From: Owenia fusiformis
Taxonomy: Eukaryota
Direction of reading: 5' to 3'
Assembly: GCA_903813345.2 (NCBI GenBank)
Contig: CAIIXF020000001.1
Location: forward strand, 4,092,001 to 4,156,000
DNA length: 64,000 bases
The notes beneath the pieces were generated by a model. That model was given only the letters and a program-made list of their open reading frames with translations, did not search any database and was not told the origin of the DNA. Below, piece by piece: positions 42,401-57,400 of the stretch. How positions within the stretch are numbered: the stretch's first letter is position 1; each line of letters starts with the position of its first letter. A program made the translations under genes and the position numbers.

Positions 42401-45400
42401 TTATTCCTTGCTTGAATGACCTGTTTAGTTTGAGTGATTTCAACTTCATAGCCCCACAAGAGAAAATACAATATAATTTGCCAGCTAGCTTTAACTTTAG
42501 TGTGAGAGTATCATGTGTGTCTTCAGTTGATTGTGCAACACTAGTCAATGGGGATAATTTTCAATTGGAAGTCCTTGGCTTTGACTCAGTTAGAAACCCA
42601 TTAGCAGGTGTTACGCCCATGATCATTGATGCATCATGGGCTAATGATGAAGCCAATTCACTGTCCCCAGAAGATGCACTGGATACAAGCTTTTCTGCTA
42701 CACATTCAATTGAAATTCAAATATCAGGCTTATTTATAGTATCAGACTTCAGTGCATGCGTAAGAGTGAAATATATTGGTCTGAAAGTTGTGAAAGGAAC
42801 AAGTTCTGAAGTGACTGCATTAAACGATGACACATTCAATCTAGATAATTATGTCATGAGCCCTTTTGAAATCAGCTGTACAAACTTCTCTGTCGATCTG
42901 GCCGTTGGTGTGGTTGACTTCCATGATGCATCATCAGAGGTTAATATAACGGCTGAAAACTTTGAAATTCATTTTGGAGTATCCATTACTGGTGAAAACT
43001 TTCCAGGAGAACCCCAAGGTCACAATATCTTCTATGATATATATATTTCGGAAGATGACGTTTTTGATGAAAATGATTTCAAGCTGGATTATGAAATTCC
43101 GGATGATTTGGCAACTTTGGTACCCGATCCCTTAGAAGTTAGTTCTTTCGCCATGTTTTTTTCCATCCCTTTCAAGCAAAGTGATATGATCCAATACTGT
43201 GGGCGTGATGTGTTCCTCCTGGTTGTACTTGATACTGATAATAACCTAATTGAATCAGATCTCACAAATAATGTCAGGGAAGTGTCCTTTACTCTGATAA
43301 ACTGCCAAGATGGAGTTTATCTGTACACTAAGAATCTAACAGTACCCAACATAGTGTTCTCTGGAGAGGATGTTCCCATTGAAGTAGGATTTGAAGCACT
43401 TTTGCTTGGTAGTGAAGGCCTAGAACCCGATCCCCCAGAGAAGCTGGTTGAATTTCAGTTCAGCATTGTTGATAGCATTGAAGATCCAAAGATCAATGTG
43501 TCTGTGAATTATACTGTACCTGAGGCTAACATTGAAGCCATACCTGCTGAGAGTGAGACACCCCTAAGACTTAACACTACTGCCAATCCCGACAAGATCC
43601 CCAGCTCTATTGTAATCCCAGCTCATGTATCTTTATGTGGGCATCAATTGTATATGAAGGCAGAAGCTATTATTACAAGTGGAAATCCAGATGAACTTCA
43701 TACAGAAAGCTATGCTGTCTATCACCCCACCTACATCAACTGCCCTGAAGACCAACTCGCTCTCAACAATCTACAAATAAAATGGCTGCCGGAGTCTTTA
43801 TGGTCTGAATCTACCAATCGAGTTGACTTTAAGCTTGACGTTATTAACCAAGGCGCTATGATACCATTGAATGAATATGCCAGAAAGTTCAAGATTCTTA
43901 TATACTTCTCAGTTGATGAGACATTATCTGAGGAAGAAGATAGTGTCTTAGAGGTGTACTTTGCTGGTGATGAAGGAAGACGATACGAATGGTATGGTGC
44001 TATAGACCAGGATGAAGTTATTGAAACTCCTCTGCTATCAGGTTGGTCTCTACTATGACATTGACATTTTTTCTAATATTATAAAAAGTGATGTATTTGG
44101 ATTTATAGATTTTTACACGGGAACTCCTGCATGTATGAGTAGTGACCCTAGCACAGGATTTCATTCTGTGTTTACATTAATCAAGTACTGCAGTTACCGT
44201 GATATGAGTATTGAAAATGATATGAGTGATAACAACGTCCACGGTATTGCCAGTATTTAAGATGCTAATAATACATAATATTGATGCAGTGTTTATTGAG
44301 TTTATACTCTATGTCTTTTTACTTCTGTTTTGTAGGGGAACTCAGACTAGATTCATTTGAACAGTGCAGTGAGATAAAGGAAAAAAGTATGAAGCCTACA
44401 TGGTTCTTTAAGCTATTGGCAGAAGATGAAGCCCATTCGGTGTATAAAGATAATGATGTGCTTGAGTATGCCCTGGATCCAGACATGTTGCTCTGTGAAT
44501 TTGGTAAGATACACTGGGATCCTGTCCTTAATCCTATATGGTGTTCAGCCCCACAATTCTACTGAACATTATACAATATTAGTTTAAGGGGTTTTCTTTA
44601 CCTCAATCATACCATAAGAGATGACTATTGAAAATGCAATACCAAATGATTGCATGTTAAATAATCTCAAATTCTGTTTCAGTGAACATGGACCTGTCTG
44701 TAGTAGATGTAACTCTGGTAGGACCCGATGGTAACAGGACACAGGAATTCTACTCGGGCGTTCCTATTCACTTTTCTGTAGATGTTGCCCATGATCAGGT
44801 ATTTATGAACCATAACTATTAACTATGTTCCCAGATATCATCAGGGTACATCCATAGTGTATATGGTACATACATAGGTACATGTAGTGTTGAAGGCAGG
44901 ATCTTAAAATTGTAGAGTTGATTCATAGCCAATGTAAATTTAACCCTATCACTGGACTTCATTTAAACAGTTGAAAGGAAGTATGTGAATGAAGTATTTT
45001 GTTGAGGCATTTGGTGAGGCTTCATTCCTGGCTACAAGCCCACTTGCAGTGGCTTATCTAAAATGTTCATCCTATTTGAGCTTGTCCTCTGTGAGAATCT
45101 AACAATGTTTATTTGCTATAATTTCAGCCATCAGGTTCAGTTATAAATGCTGTCCCCTTTGATTCTGAGGACCTTCCATTCACAGTTGAGCTGTATCTGA
45201 GTCAGGATGCAATACTTGATGAGTTTGATGCTAAGATAGCTTTGGATATGACAGTGCAACAGAGACATACATTGCAACAGGGAATTCAGAGCCATACAGC
45301 TCGCATCATACGTAAGATACATTTTCATTTCTCGCAAATGTAAGATACACATAGTATACATTTACATTTATCAAACATACATTTACATACTACAGTACAA

Positions 45401-48400
45401 GTATGCACTGCACATGCTTTTCATTCTTTTGCCATCAGAATTAAATGGAAGACTGATGAAAGACAAGAATGTTAAGCAATCCACACATGCTACATGTGAA
45501 TTTTCATGCATGTTCCCAATGACTTGTATTTGTATGACATCAAAAGAGGCACTTTCTGGTGCTTGTATCAGTAATTGTATCATGGTATAGAAATGTTATT
45601 TCAGCCTTCACTGGGTCTAACTTGCTCTTGGAGCTCACAGGAGATACCCCATATACTCAGTTCTGTGGAGAAACACATGTTATTGCCAATGTGATTGACC
45701 TGCAGAACCAGAAACCACCAATTGACCCTGTCACATGGAACAATTATAGAGCTCTACCAGTTGTCTTCAATTGCACTGGAGGTGAGCATAGTTTCTATTC
45801 ATATGTAATTTAAAACTCGAACCAATGACTCGGGTATGCCATAAATATTAAACAGTGTTTATTCCCTTCTCCAGTTCTGTTATAACAGAACTATATTCAT
45901 ATCCTCTTCAAAAGAGACTACTGCATATTTTACTTGATGATGTAATACATTGTACTACTGTTAATGTTTTTAGATGTCTTGGTGTTTGAATCTGTAAAAG
46001 TAGATCTTGTTTATCCTCAAACCAAGCTTTATGGGAATGAAGTAACAAAGCTGACTATGAGTGCTGTTTTGAAGAACTATGCTGATGAAGACATACCGGA
46101 CAGTAAAGATGGGAGACCTATCATCAACTTTAGGGTAAACAAATTGAATATTGACAACATGAAATGACTCCAGTATTAAAATACATCAAAACCCGTATTT
46201 GGATGTGCTAGATAAGTTTGAAAAATTCCTCTTAGATTTTTTTAGATTTAAAAGCATTTTTCTGGTATTCATTGACCAACCTGCACATTTTAAAAGGGAC
46301 AAATCAGATAAGCCTCTGTCATTTTATCATCATGAAAAGGTTCATAATTTCAAGTAAATAGAAATTTTAAAGGTTATTGATTTTTATTATTTCACAATTA
46401 ATTTCTCAAATTAGTATTGTTGAAACAAGTAAGTGGTTGTATATTATTATCGCCAACATTTTCTGAAACATTATTCAGTGTTTGGCATCAACATCAATGT
46501 TTGGCATTGGTTTCACACTTTGTAACAAGTGGTTATAATTTTGTAATAAAAACAGGTGGTGTTAGGTGAAAGACAAATACAAAATAAAATATTGTCAACA
46601 TGGTGACCTCAACAAGGTCTTCTCATAAAGTACAAATAGTTCAAGAAAACAAAGAAGAAATCCTAATCAAAGATAAGGCTCATAATTCTCAGAACTGTAA
46701 CAATATCTTGTTCTCCCCTGCAGGCGTTTGTATCTGCCAACAATAAATTAGAGCGTATTAAGGACCCTGAGCTTGAAGTTACATTGCATGCAGATCTGAC
46801 AAGAGATGTGACTAAAGGGTTTAAGTCCCTTGCAAACAGAACATATGAGGGGAGACTGGATGTAGTCATGGCCCAGAGTCTTTGTACATTCTCACCAAGG
46901 TATATAGATCCCAAGCTTTTGCTCTGCTAACTTTAATCTTGTAGGAACATTTTGTACTTTCTGCACATTAACCCATTTTGTAACTGCTAGGTTGCTTACC
47001 AATTCTTTGATGTGGAACAGACTTTTTTGAAGTGCAAATTACTCTGCAGTTAATGTTTCACAATTGCAAGTCATCAGAACTTAACACACAAGGTTTCAAA
47101 TAAGTATAAAATAATTATGTTTTAGATAACAATAGATTAGTGAGTGTTATACATTGGGTTTATTGTAGTATACTGAATTGTGTAATACAATAATGAATGT
47201 ATTTATAGTTAGAAGGTAAAGTGACATATTGTAATACTAACAGTGGTGAATGGTTTGCAGTTGTACCTTTAACAAATTGTTACATTTTCATAACCACTTG
47301 CCATAATGATATACATGTACTAAGTAGTGAATGACATTATGTCATAATGCTTGTTGTTGAATGAAATCTTGTATTGTAGAATTTCTTACAATGTTGATTC
47401 CAGGTTTTTGATAATTGAGGCCTCCAAGGGTGCCCAGGTGGGCCTGCCGGAAGCTGTCATTTCAAACAATTATGAGTTTGTAGACTTAGATGGAATATTA
47501 GACTGCTCACTAGGTGTGTTTTTAGTTTTCTTAAAATCAAATTGAAATTAAAAGCCAAAGTGATGTTCACTATCACTGAATTCTTATTACAAAGTAGTAT
47601 CATAAATAGGTCTAACTATACTGTACTTGTTGTAATTCAACCTCAGTATAACATATTTTTCATTATAAATGTTAACTGCTCAAAACATTGATTTTTACTA
47701 CTTCAGTAAAGACAGATGTGATACTGACTGCATTCTCTCTGCCAAATGGGACAAACCTTATACCTGGCACAGGTTTCCCCTTCCATTTGAGTGCAGAGGT
47801 GAGTACATCTATCTTGCCATGTTTGTGTTTAATGTTACACTTTTACATGCGAACAGAATTATTACACTAAAGAAGATTGAGAAGGGATATAATGAGATAA
47901 AAAATCGTAAAAGCTATTGGTAAGAAAAGTACCCAAATATACCTCTACATGGATTTTCTCAGACTATTTTTTCATTACTATGATAAGCGAGCAAGCTTGA
48001 TCTTATACATATGTACAACATGTACTAAGCCTTAGTCCCTAACCCTAACCAATACAAGAAAAAATCCTGTTCTCATTCCTAGATCACTCTGCAAGGAGGT
48101 GCAACAGTTGGGAAGAAAGGGAGTAAATTCCTAGAGTTCCAGCTGTACCTCTCTGATGATGCTAACATTGATGAAGATGACTTTAGTCTGGACTTCAGTG
48201 GAAGAGATCAGGAGGATATGCTCACAGGACTCGTAAATCAAAACCTGCAAAGAACACTTGACAGTATTGATGAACAAGTTGTGAGTAAACTTAGACTGCC
48301 TTGGAAATACATGTACATGTATAATCTTGGGCGTAGCGCTATTTTTATAAGAAGTACCCCATCATGGGGAATATGAGATGAGTGAAGTGAAAAACGAACG

Positions 48401-51400
48401 TTCAGGGGGTTATGGGGGCTTCTCCCTCCAGAAAATTTTTAAAGGTTGTATTTGAAGTGTATTTGCAACCATCTGGTACGCCGGTGCATACCAGGTGTGC
48501 CAGGCACTATGCCTATGATAATGTATTTTTTATGAGAATCATATTTTATATGTTGTGAACCACTTCATATTGAAACATGAAACAGATGTGGTTCACAATT
48601 CACAATATTTTGTGAATCAGCTGTCTCATAAATATGACACATTCTCCTTATTTTCTTTATCATGAGACATGGCCAACATTTCCCCCCAAAAAATTATATT
48701 TATATTGATGTTTTAAACTGACTATGTTAAGATGTAGAAGTCTTATGATAGTTTTATTTCCCATTTAACTCAAATTTGCCCTTGCCTCACCAGTTTTTGG
48801 CCTCACCCATTTTTATGATCCTGGATAGACCCCTGTCTTTATTATTCATTCAGGTTGTTCCTAGCACTGTACCTGACAGATATTGTGGCCATGTGTACCT
48901 AATACCTTACCTGGACAGTGGGGATGAGATCATTGAGATACAAGAACACAATAACTATGAAGTAGTTGATGTAATCGTAAATTGCTCAGGTAGGTCAGAT
49001 ATGTAACATGTACTCCCCCGATCTGCATCATCATCTTGCAGCACTGTACAGTACTACATGTAGTTTGAGATTGGCTGTGCATATAAAAATAATTGCGTAT
49101 AATGTTTTGATTCCAGATATATTTGAATTAGTGAAACCCAAATTCAGTGTACAACAACAGGAGAAGTACTTCAAGGCACCTGGTATCATTCATTTTGGTT
49201 TCACTGTCATCAACAACCTCAATGAAATGATAGACACAGAAAATGCTCAACCATTTGCCATACCTAAGGTGAGCTTGAAACGTTAAAAGACTGGGTCTGC
49301 AATTGATCATCCAACATTTTTTTGTATCTGTTATAAATGTGTCTTAAATGTTTGACTTAAAAACAAAATGAAGATAAAATGTATGTTGTGGAACAAAATC
49401 CCTGTAGATGTGTGATAAGAAGAGTTTAAGTTTTGTTTTCAGTTGTATATCAAGCATGATGAGGACTCTACAGAACATGACATAACACCAGAATACTGGA
49501 CCATTGAACAAGGTGATGACTGGACACTCACTGCCTCCAATGACAGTGTCCTTGTGTTACAACAATATGGTGAGATCACAATGAAGCAGGTATGCAACTA
49601 TGAAGTGGATCCAATAGAGACAGGGGAGAACATCTTGATATTCCGATTGATTCCTGGCTATAACAATGCTTTGTTTGAAATGTATGCTGATGGTGTTGCT
49701 GAGAATGATATGATGGTGATGGCCATTCATGTGGAATGTGGGGATGGTAAGTAAAAAGTTATCATTTAAGAAATAGGGACAGATACAAGATATATGATTT
49801 AGCGTGCAATATATGATTGTTATGTGACTATATCTGTTATTTTGTTATCATAAATAATGCCAAAATAGTTTTGAATTCATAATGATCTATATCTTGCACC
49901 ATCAACTATTCAACAGATATTCACTACAGGTTGTCCAAGAACTCATGAGAATCTTTTGAAAAAGTTCATGTCTGGATTTTCATGGCAGCTTTTCTCAGTA
50001 TATGCTCATAGACTTTGATATCATGTGTAATCTTTCTTTTCTGAAAAAATCAGAACTTGCTTATCCAATATCTTTCCAATTGTTTGACATTTGACCTTTT
50101 GACCTTGCTTCTTGCCTATTCAAGAGATGGCATAATCTACAATGTACCAGACTCTGACACTCTGGCAGTTAATGTAGTCAATTCTAAAGGGAAGTCGTCA
50201 TTGGTAGACTTTATATGAGCAATTTTATGTATTCTTGGACTTTTTCAGATATATTTGATCTACTTTCGAACTATGAAGGCTTAGATGAAGCACCGTTTTC
50301 TCTGATGCTGGGAAACACGCTGCATTTTGGCCACAATCCTTTCAACTTGGCTGTTAAGGTCAACCAATCAGGTAGCATATATTAATATTATTATTTTAAG
50401 ATTCAATTATTCAAGATGAGTTTACCATTTCCAACTTGACATACTTTATCATATGTACTGTTGTATTCTATGACATACTTCATAAGTTAATATGAACAAA
50501 ATTAAAGAAACAATTATGTTCATAATCAATTTCTTTTAAGTCAAAATTATGTTTGAAGAAAATGAAAATTGTTGGAAACGGGGCAAATTGTAAGATTTGC
50601 TATAAACTTAGAAAGCCATGAGCTGTTGTCTTTGGGAACCAGATGATTCCAATCAGATAGCTAAGAGGTTTAATCATATGTAGTGATGCCCTAGAGTTTT
50701 GTTATCTTGGCATTGCCAAAAAGTGATGACATATTAATTGTTATAGGCATTATTTTTGTGACCAGCTTTTAGTGTTCAGTGTCTGTACCATAGTGCAACC
50801 ATCCACAATAAGTTACCATGTTATGACATTTTGTCATCTTAATCACCCTTGGTATACGCAGCTAACGAAAATTGACTGGTACGGGTCAAAAGCTGGACCG
50901 GTACGGGTTAACGGTTTTATTTGAATTTAAAACAGCCATAACTTGCTCAATATTGACTTCCTCGTGTCTCATTTGAAATATATGATGCCTCCCGATGCTT
51001 TTAAGTACCCCAATTTTTTACAGATTTTTAAACGGACCAAAACTCTCTAAATGCGCGTTTATGCTCTTTTCTCTCGAGAACGACTGTCTCATTTTCACGA
51101 TAACTTTTATTTAGTACCTCTAACATATAAGATCTATTTTTCCCCATCAAGGTATGATGTAAATGACATGCTATTTACATCTTGTGAGTTTCAATGAAGC
51201 ACGTTTGATTTTATAAAAAATGCCAAACTTTGTGACAAAGAATTTTATCCTGCTTGCAGCGAGGAGACGAACCGGTTCTATTGCTCCGAACCGGTTCGTC
51301 TTCTCGCTGCAAGCAGGAGGAAATTATTTGTCACAAAGTTTGGCATTTTTTATAAAATCAAACGCGCGTCATTGAAACTCACAAGATGTAAATAGCATGT

Positions 51401-54400
51401 CATTTACATCATACCTTGATGGGGAAAAATAGATCTTACATGTTAGAAGTACTAAATAAAAGTTATCGTGAAAATGAGACAGTCATTCTCGAGAGAAAAG
51501 AGCATAAATGCGCATTTAGAGAGTTTTGGTCCGTTTAAAAATCTGTAAAAAATTGGGGTACTTAAAAGCATCGGGAGGCATCATATATTTCAAATTAGAC
51601 ACGAGGAAGTCAATATTGAGCAAGTTATGGCTGTTTTAAATTCAAATAAAACCGTTAACCCGTACCGGTCCAGCTTTTGACCCGTACCGGTCAATTTTCG
51701 TTAGCTGCGTACACCAAGGGTGTTAATGCTTTATTTTGTTCTAATTAAGGCAATACTGGTTGGGAGATTCAACCAAGTCTCAGTAACTCCCCATACATGT
51801 TTGAATACTCATTCTACATGCTGGGAATGACTGGTGTGGGACAAATTATGTTCAAACAAGTAGACTATGACATCCTAGCTAAGAAAGACGCAATTAATGG
51901 CGGCACTTATGATGGGAAAATCATTGCCTTGACAGGTAGATTTTTTTTATTTAAAATGATAATAGGTTTACAATTACATGGTTGACAAGGAAGCGTTCTC
52001 AAGTGCTAATTCGTACAGCATAGATAGCATAAGCACTCTAACAGTTTAGTAAAAGGAACTTCATTTTGAAAAACATGTATGTAAAATTCAAGTTTAGATA
52101 GACATGTATGTATTAAACAGTAGACAACTGCTAGTAAAATATATACATTTATTCAACTGCTGATTTTAACAAAATGAAATCTTCACAAGTTCACAATAAT
52201 AATTTCAACATTTTAGATGCATCAGTTGGTTTGGATTTGTCCCCAGAGGATTACTTGTTCTTCTGTAACGCCAATGCCATTGTGTTAACAGTGAATATAG
52301 ACACTAAACAACAAGTGCTAGAATCCAATGAGGGAAAAGCCAATCAGTACAGTATTGAGGAGGCAATATTTGACCAGGATGAATGTACAGGTACCTGAAT
52401 TATATATGATACATGTATATAGAGGTGTCCACCAAGTCTCTTACAATTACAATACAAGTCTGTGTAAGGTGTAAAGGGACTTAATGGACACCCTGTATGT
52501 TCAGAGAGAATAGTGCTAAGATATAGGTCCAACGCAAAGGAGCCAGTAGTTAATCCTTATGGACACCCTGTATATTCTTGATAAGGAGGGATGTATCCGG
52601 GGTCTTGGAAACTTTCAAGACTCCATACTCCATTATAACTTATGTTTTTGGAAATGCCTTATATCTCATACTGATAGTCCTTAAGTTTGTTCAGGAATGG
52701 GATGTTGAATTACCATTTTAAGTGCACTTTTTCAAAGTCCAATATTGCCACCTTGTACCAGTGAGTACCACATAAATCTTGTCATCAAAATTCCAAGAAA
52801 TTCACTCACCTGTTAAACTAAGATGTTCACAGGATATATTCAGTGCCAAGATCTAATTAGAGTTTGGGCAGTAAATTACTTGGCAGACATTTTGAATTTT
52901 TGGTAAAAGTGCAATATTTATTACTGTGTGACATATTGATATTACACAATGTATTACTTTAGATATGAAAGACCTGTATGTTGAGAAATGGATGTTGACA
53001 TCTATGAAGAATGATATAGTGGAAACCAACCACACATATGACTACAGTCTTCAGGTTAATGCCATCCTTACCACCAATGAGGCACTTGACAATGTCACTA
53101 CAACAGATTACAAGCATTTCCTATTGAAATATTTCCTTTCGTTTGATGCTGTTTATGACGACAATGATACTGAATTGGTCGTGCCAATAACTCCAAACCA
53201 AGCTGAAGAATTAGAGGTATATTTGGAATCTTTGTGCATGCAGAATCTAAGATGTCAATGCATGTTTTGAATTAGAGGGAGGAGTCTATTGACAGTCACT
53301 GAATTTTTTATGTCTGTGTTTTGGGGGCCTAAAAGCCTTTTTTCCAATTGAAATTGAGTGGGAGGTTATTATTATTTACTGTACAAAACAAGTTAGAATA
53401 AATCATATGCATGTACAACGATCATTCAGTAACTATTTATATGTTTTAGAAGGCTTATACTGTACAGTACCTTATACTGTATTAAGTATAAAGTCAATTG
53501 ATCCTTAACTTTCTTTTGGCCAAACCAGTGATAATCACAGCCTTTCATAATGACTTTCTTTCACTTAGAAACATGTTGAACAAGAGACAGTGGGGACATT
53601 TGACCTGGATGAGGTGGGTCTAGTGATCCCCCTTACAGCTGAAGTGTATCCTTACTGTTGGAAGAGGGTGTATCTCGGGGTTCTCGTTGACTCAACAGAT
53701 GTACAAATAGAAGTCACCGAAGATAATAATGTCGGCATGCTTGAGATAATACTGGACTGTTATGGTGAGATTTGCTGATATAGTAAAATACTTTTTGTTT
53801 TTTTAATAGATTTGCATATTTTATGCCCTGTATACTCATCATCTTGTATATCATATCCAAATCACAAGATAACCAAAACTAGATAAATCAAAATGCCTTT
53901 ACCATGGTGCGAAGCAAACCAGTGGCATTAAAGCTTTTTCCAAATATGAGTATAAGACCAAATTCAGGACCAGCCCTTTAACACAGTGCCTTGTTTTACT
54001 TTTCAGACTTATTGAATGAGTGTGAGGTTGGCTATGCAAACTGCCATGAGAATGGATATTGCACTGACTTGCCATACAACCTCTACACAGAGTATGGTGT
54101 TGGCTTCTCCTGCCACTGCAAACCAGGATACACTGGGGATGGTATCCAATGTGAAAGTAAGTACATACAACATATTAATCACATTGTGTAGTAAAGTCAC
54201 TACACAGGTATGGAGTACACTTCACAATATTGTAAGTTTTTAAATACCGAACAGTACATACATTCAAGGGTAATTTAAATTTATTTTTGACATTTTGAAT
54301 TGAACCTGGTATACTTTTTTGATAATATCTTTTCCATATGAAAAATGAGGAATTTTTCTTCAAAAGCTTAAAGGATTATACTTTTTCATCCCAATTGTAC

Positions 54401-57400
54401 AATATACACATGATAATAACTAATATGAATATTCATTTATTATTTTCATTGGCAGATATTGATGAATGTGATGAGACAGAACCAACACATACCTGTGATA
54501 TGATACCTCACTCAACATGCTCTGACTTACCTGGTTCTTACATCTGTGAATGCAACCAGGGCTTCACACAGTCCGTAGGGGTACAGGGGGAACAGGTCTG
54601 GCATTTAATTATGATTCCTAGTAATCCAAGATACATACAGTTAAACCTTTTTATTATCAGAAAACTACTTGGACTGGCCAAAATTATTCTGATTGACAGG
54701 GGTTCACATCGGAGTTCTTTTAACATGAAAATGGGATCAATAAAAAGCATTCACACTGAGAGGTATCCAGATAAGAGAGATGTTCGGATATGATGGTTTT
54801 ACACTGTTACTGGAAATTCCCCCATTCTTGAAAGGATGTATGTTCATTCCATTTTATCTCATCTTAATGCAGGTTTGTCTTAACAATGATGAATGCCAAA
54901 GTGGTGACAATGACTGCCATGAGATGGCTGAGTGCATTGACCTAGTTGGCCCACCTTTCTATAGATGTCAGTGTAAGACTGGATTCATAGGCAATGGCAC
55001 ACATTGTGAAGGTAGCCTTATTAATGAATTATAGAAAACTGTGTATTTGTTGAATTGTTTGACATAAATCAAACGTAATTTGAAACTAACATGCTACAAA
55101 ATGGTCACAGCACCGTCATTAAAGGTTTGTAGGAACTATCCAACGGGAATATTATTTCTAAAATGGAGTATAGATGTAACACTCGATTGAGGGGATGAAA
55201 CGCACTTTGGGACAACAATGATGTTCTTACTAGGGGGTCATTAATAGAAAGGTCATGTTAAGGATTCCTATGTCAGTTGTTGTAACTATAGATATAATGA
55301 TATCATAGTAAGAAAAAAGGGATTTTAGGAATTCTCAATTTTACAAAGTTTCTGTCAATGGCCCCCTGACCTCTTATTTTTTATTGAAGATGTGATTGAC
55401 TGCCGTGAGGACTCATGCAACTATAATGGCATATGCAAGGAACACCCAGCTGGCAATGCTATCATATGTCACTGTAATGACCTATATGAAGGGGACTTCT
55501 GTCAAATAGGTACAGTATATGTATTTGATACAAATCTCTGTACATGTAGAAATAGCTATCCCTCACAAAAAATGGTTTTCAATGTTATATCACTTCAATT
55601 TCAATTTGTTTATTTCACAAAACACATACAATATACATATACAATGAGTGGGTGACATTCCTTTATATTATATTAATAGAACCACAATTTTTCCAAATAA
55701 GCTCTACATTGCAGTTCACGGTGGCTGGAGCGAGTGGAGTGCTTGGTCCGAGTGTCTGAGTGAGTGTGAAGAAGGCAAAGAGACAAGGACAAGACAATGT
55801 GATAATCCTGCTCCTAAGAATGGCGGTCGCAATTGCCCTGTCGTGAATAAGGTCGGGGATCTCCAGGAGAGACAATGCGATCTTGGAATATGCACAGCAG
55901 GTACATTACTTCTTTTGAATTTTTTTTTCATTTAGAATATTTATTTCATTCAAATGAAATTTTATATTGATATTGTGGAATACTTTCTGAGAAAGTTGTC
56001 TCTTAGTAAGTTAAGATGTATCAAAATTAATTTTTTAGTTCCACAAATTGTTTTTAGAGCCTGTGAGCTTTAGTAAATTTCAGGTGTGTAACTTACAAAT
56101 GAATTGACTTTGATTAAATGACCATATTCTGCATTATTAGATGCCAGTGTCCATTGGTGTGATGCAGTTGATCCATGCTATGTGGGCACACCTGTTGGGG
56201 CATATGAAGCAGGAGGCGGGGAATGTTACAATGGTAAAGGTGGCGCTTCATTCATTTGTACCTGTCAGCCTGGCTACAGAGCCATCTATGATGACATAAC
56301 TGGATTGTTTATTCGTTGTGAAGGTAATCACAATTAATTTTGCTATACATATACCCTGCTTTCGTCTATACTTCTCTTTCTGTACAGTGTAGAATTGAGT
56401 GAAATACATTTTTACTGGGAATGAATATGAGCTTATTTTATATCATGCTATGAATCGTTTGCTACTCTTCAATCAATATATATGATATTATACTACAAAA
56501 CTCAGTATCCTATTATTTAAGAATACATACCATATCCTATCCCAGCAAGGAATAACATGTTTATTTAGAACTTATACACTTATACATGTACATAATTATA
56601 GTAAAAGAGGTTATGTCACTATGACGTGAAATATGCCTGAGTTCTCCCAATATAGGCCGACCTTGGGAGGCTCTATATTTGGGCAAGAACGAAGGCATTT
56701 CACGTCATAGTGACATAACTGATGTATTACATGCCTTTGTTCCCATGGTTACTTTGTATCAATGACGTGACGTCATGATATTATCATGGTTATTAAAGAA
56801 ATCTAATATCAAAACGAGGTAAGCGGGCTATATCGGGGTAATCGGGCAATATCGGTGGATATAGCTCGCTAACTTTCCCATTGACTTCCATACAAATGCT
56901 TCGCTAGGTATGTAATACATGAAATAAGTACATTGTATTTCTATATAACATCTTCAGATATTGATGAGTGTTCTGAAGGAGTGGCAGGGTGTGACTATGT
57001 CTCCACTTGTCACAATGCCCCAGGGACTTACTCCTGTCAGTGCTGGGAGGGATATGAGGTGACAGGTGACAATGTTTGTATTGGTAAGTGTGTTGTTCTT
57101 ATATACATTTAGTTTTCTTTATGAAGGTTAACCTCTTGAATACCAGTGCATTTTTCATTTTTGCTTACTTTGTCATATTTCTATCTTGAATTCTTGATAC
57201 AATGCTTGATGTTCATGTTGGAAATATTACCAAACATGGAAAAAGTCCACACATTTTAATTCATATTTTGTGTAAACGTTTTGTCAAAGTTAGAGCAACC
57301 TTAGAGAGAAATTCTAGCCTTGCCCAAGTCGGTCTCTTTTACTTATCTTGATTTCTAATTTTTTTCTATTATGACCGCCAGTAATATTCAAGATCAGATA

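Noticed and set aside
41545-44058. 837-aa ORF as a stand-alone or bacterial contaminant gene
   Set aside because: It starts at TTG just after a splice acceptor, ends at a donor, and is in phase with the flanking exons of gene A.
48037-48050. ccctaaccctaacc telomere-like repeat
   Set aside because: Only about 2 units, too short to indicate an interstitial telomere.
50839-51727. piggyBac assignment (TTAA on both sides)
   Set aside because: The duplication is TTAAT (5 bp) directly abutting CAC...GTG ends. A TTAA reading leaves an unpaired T.
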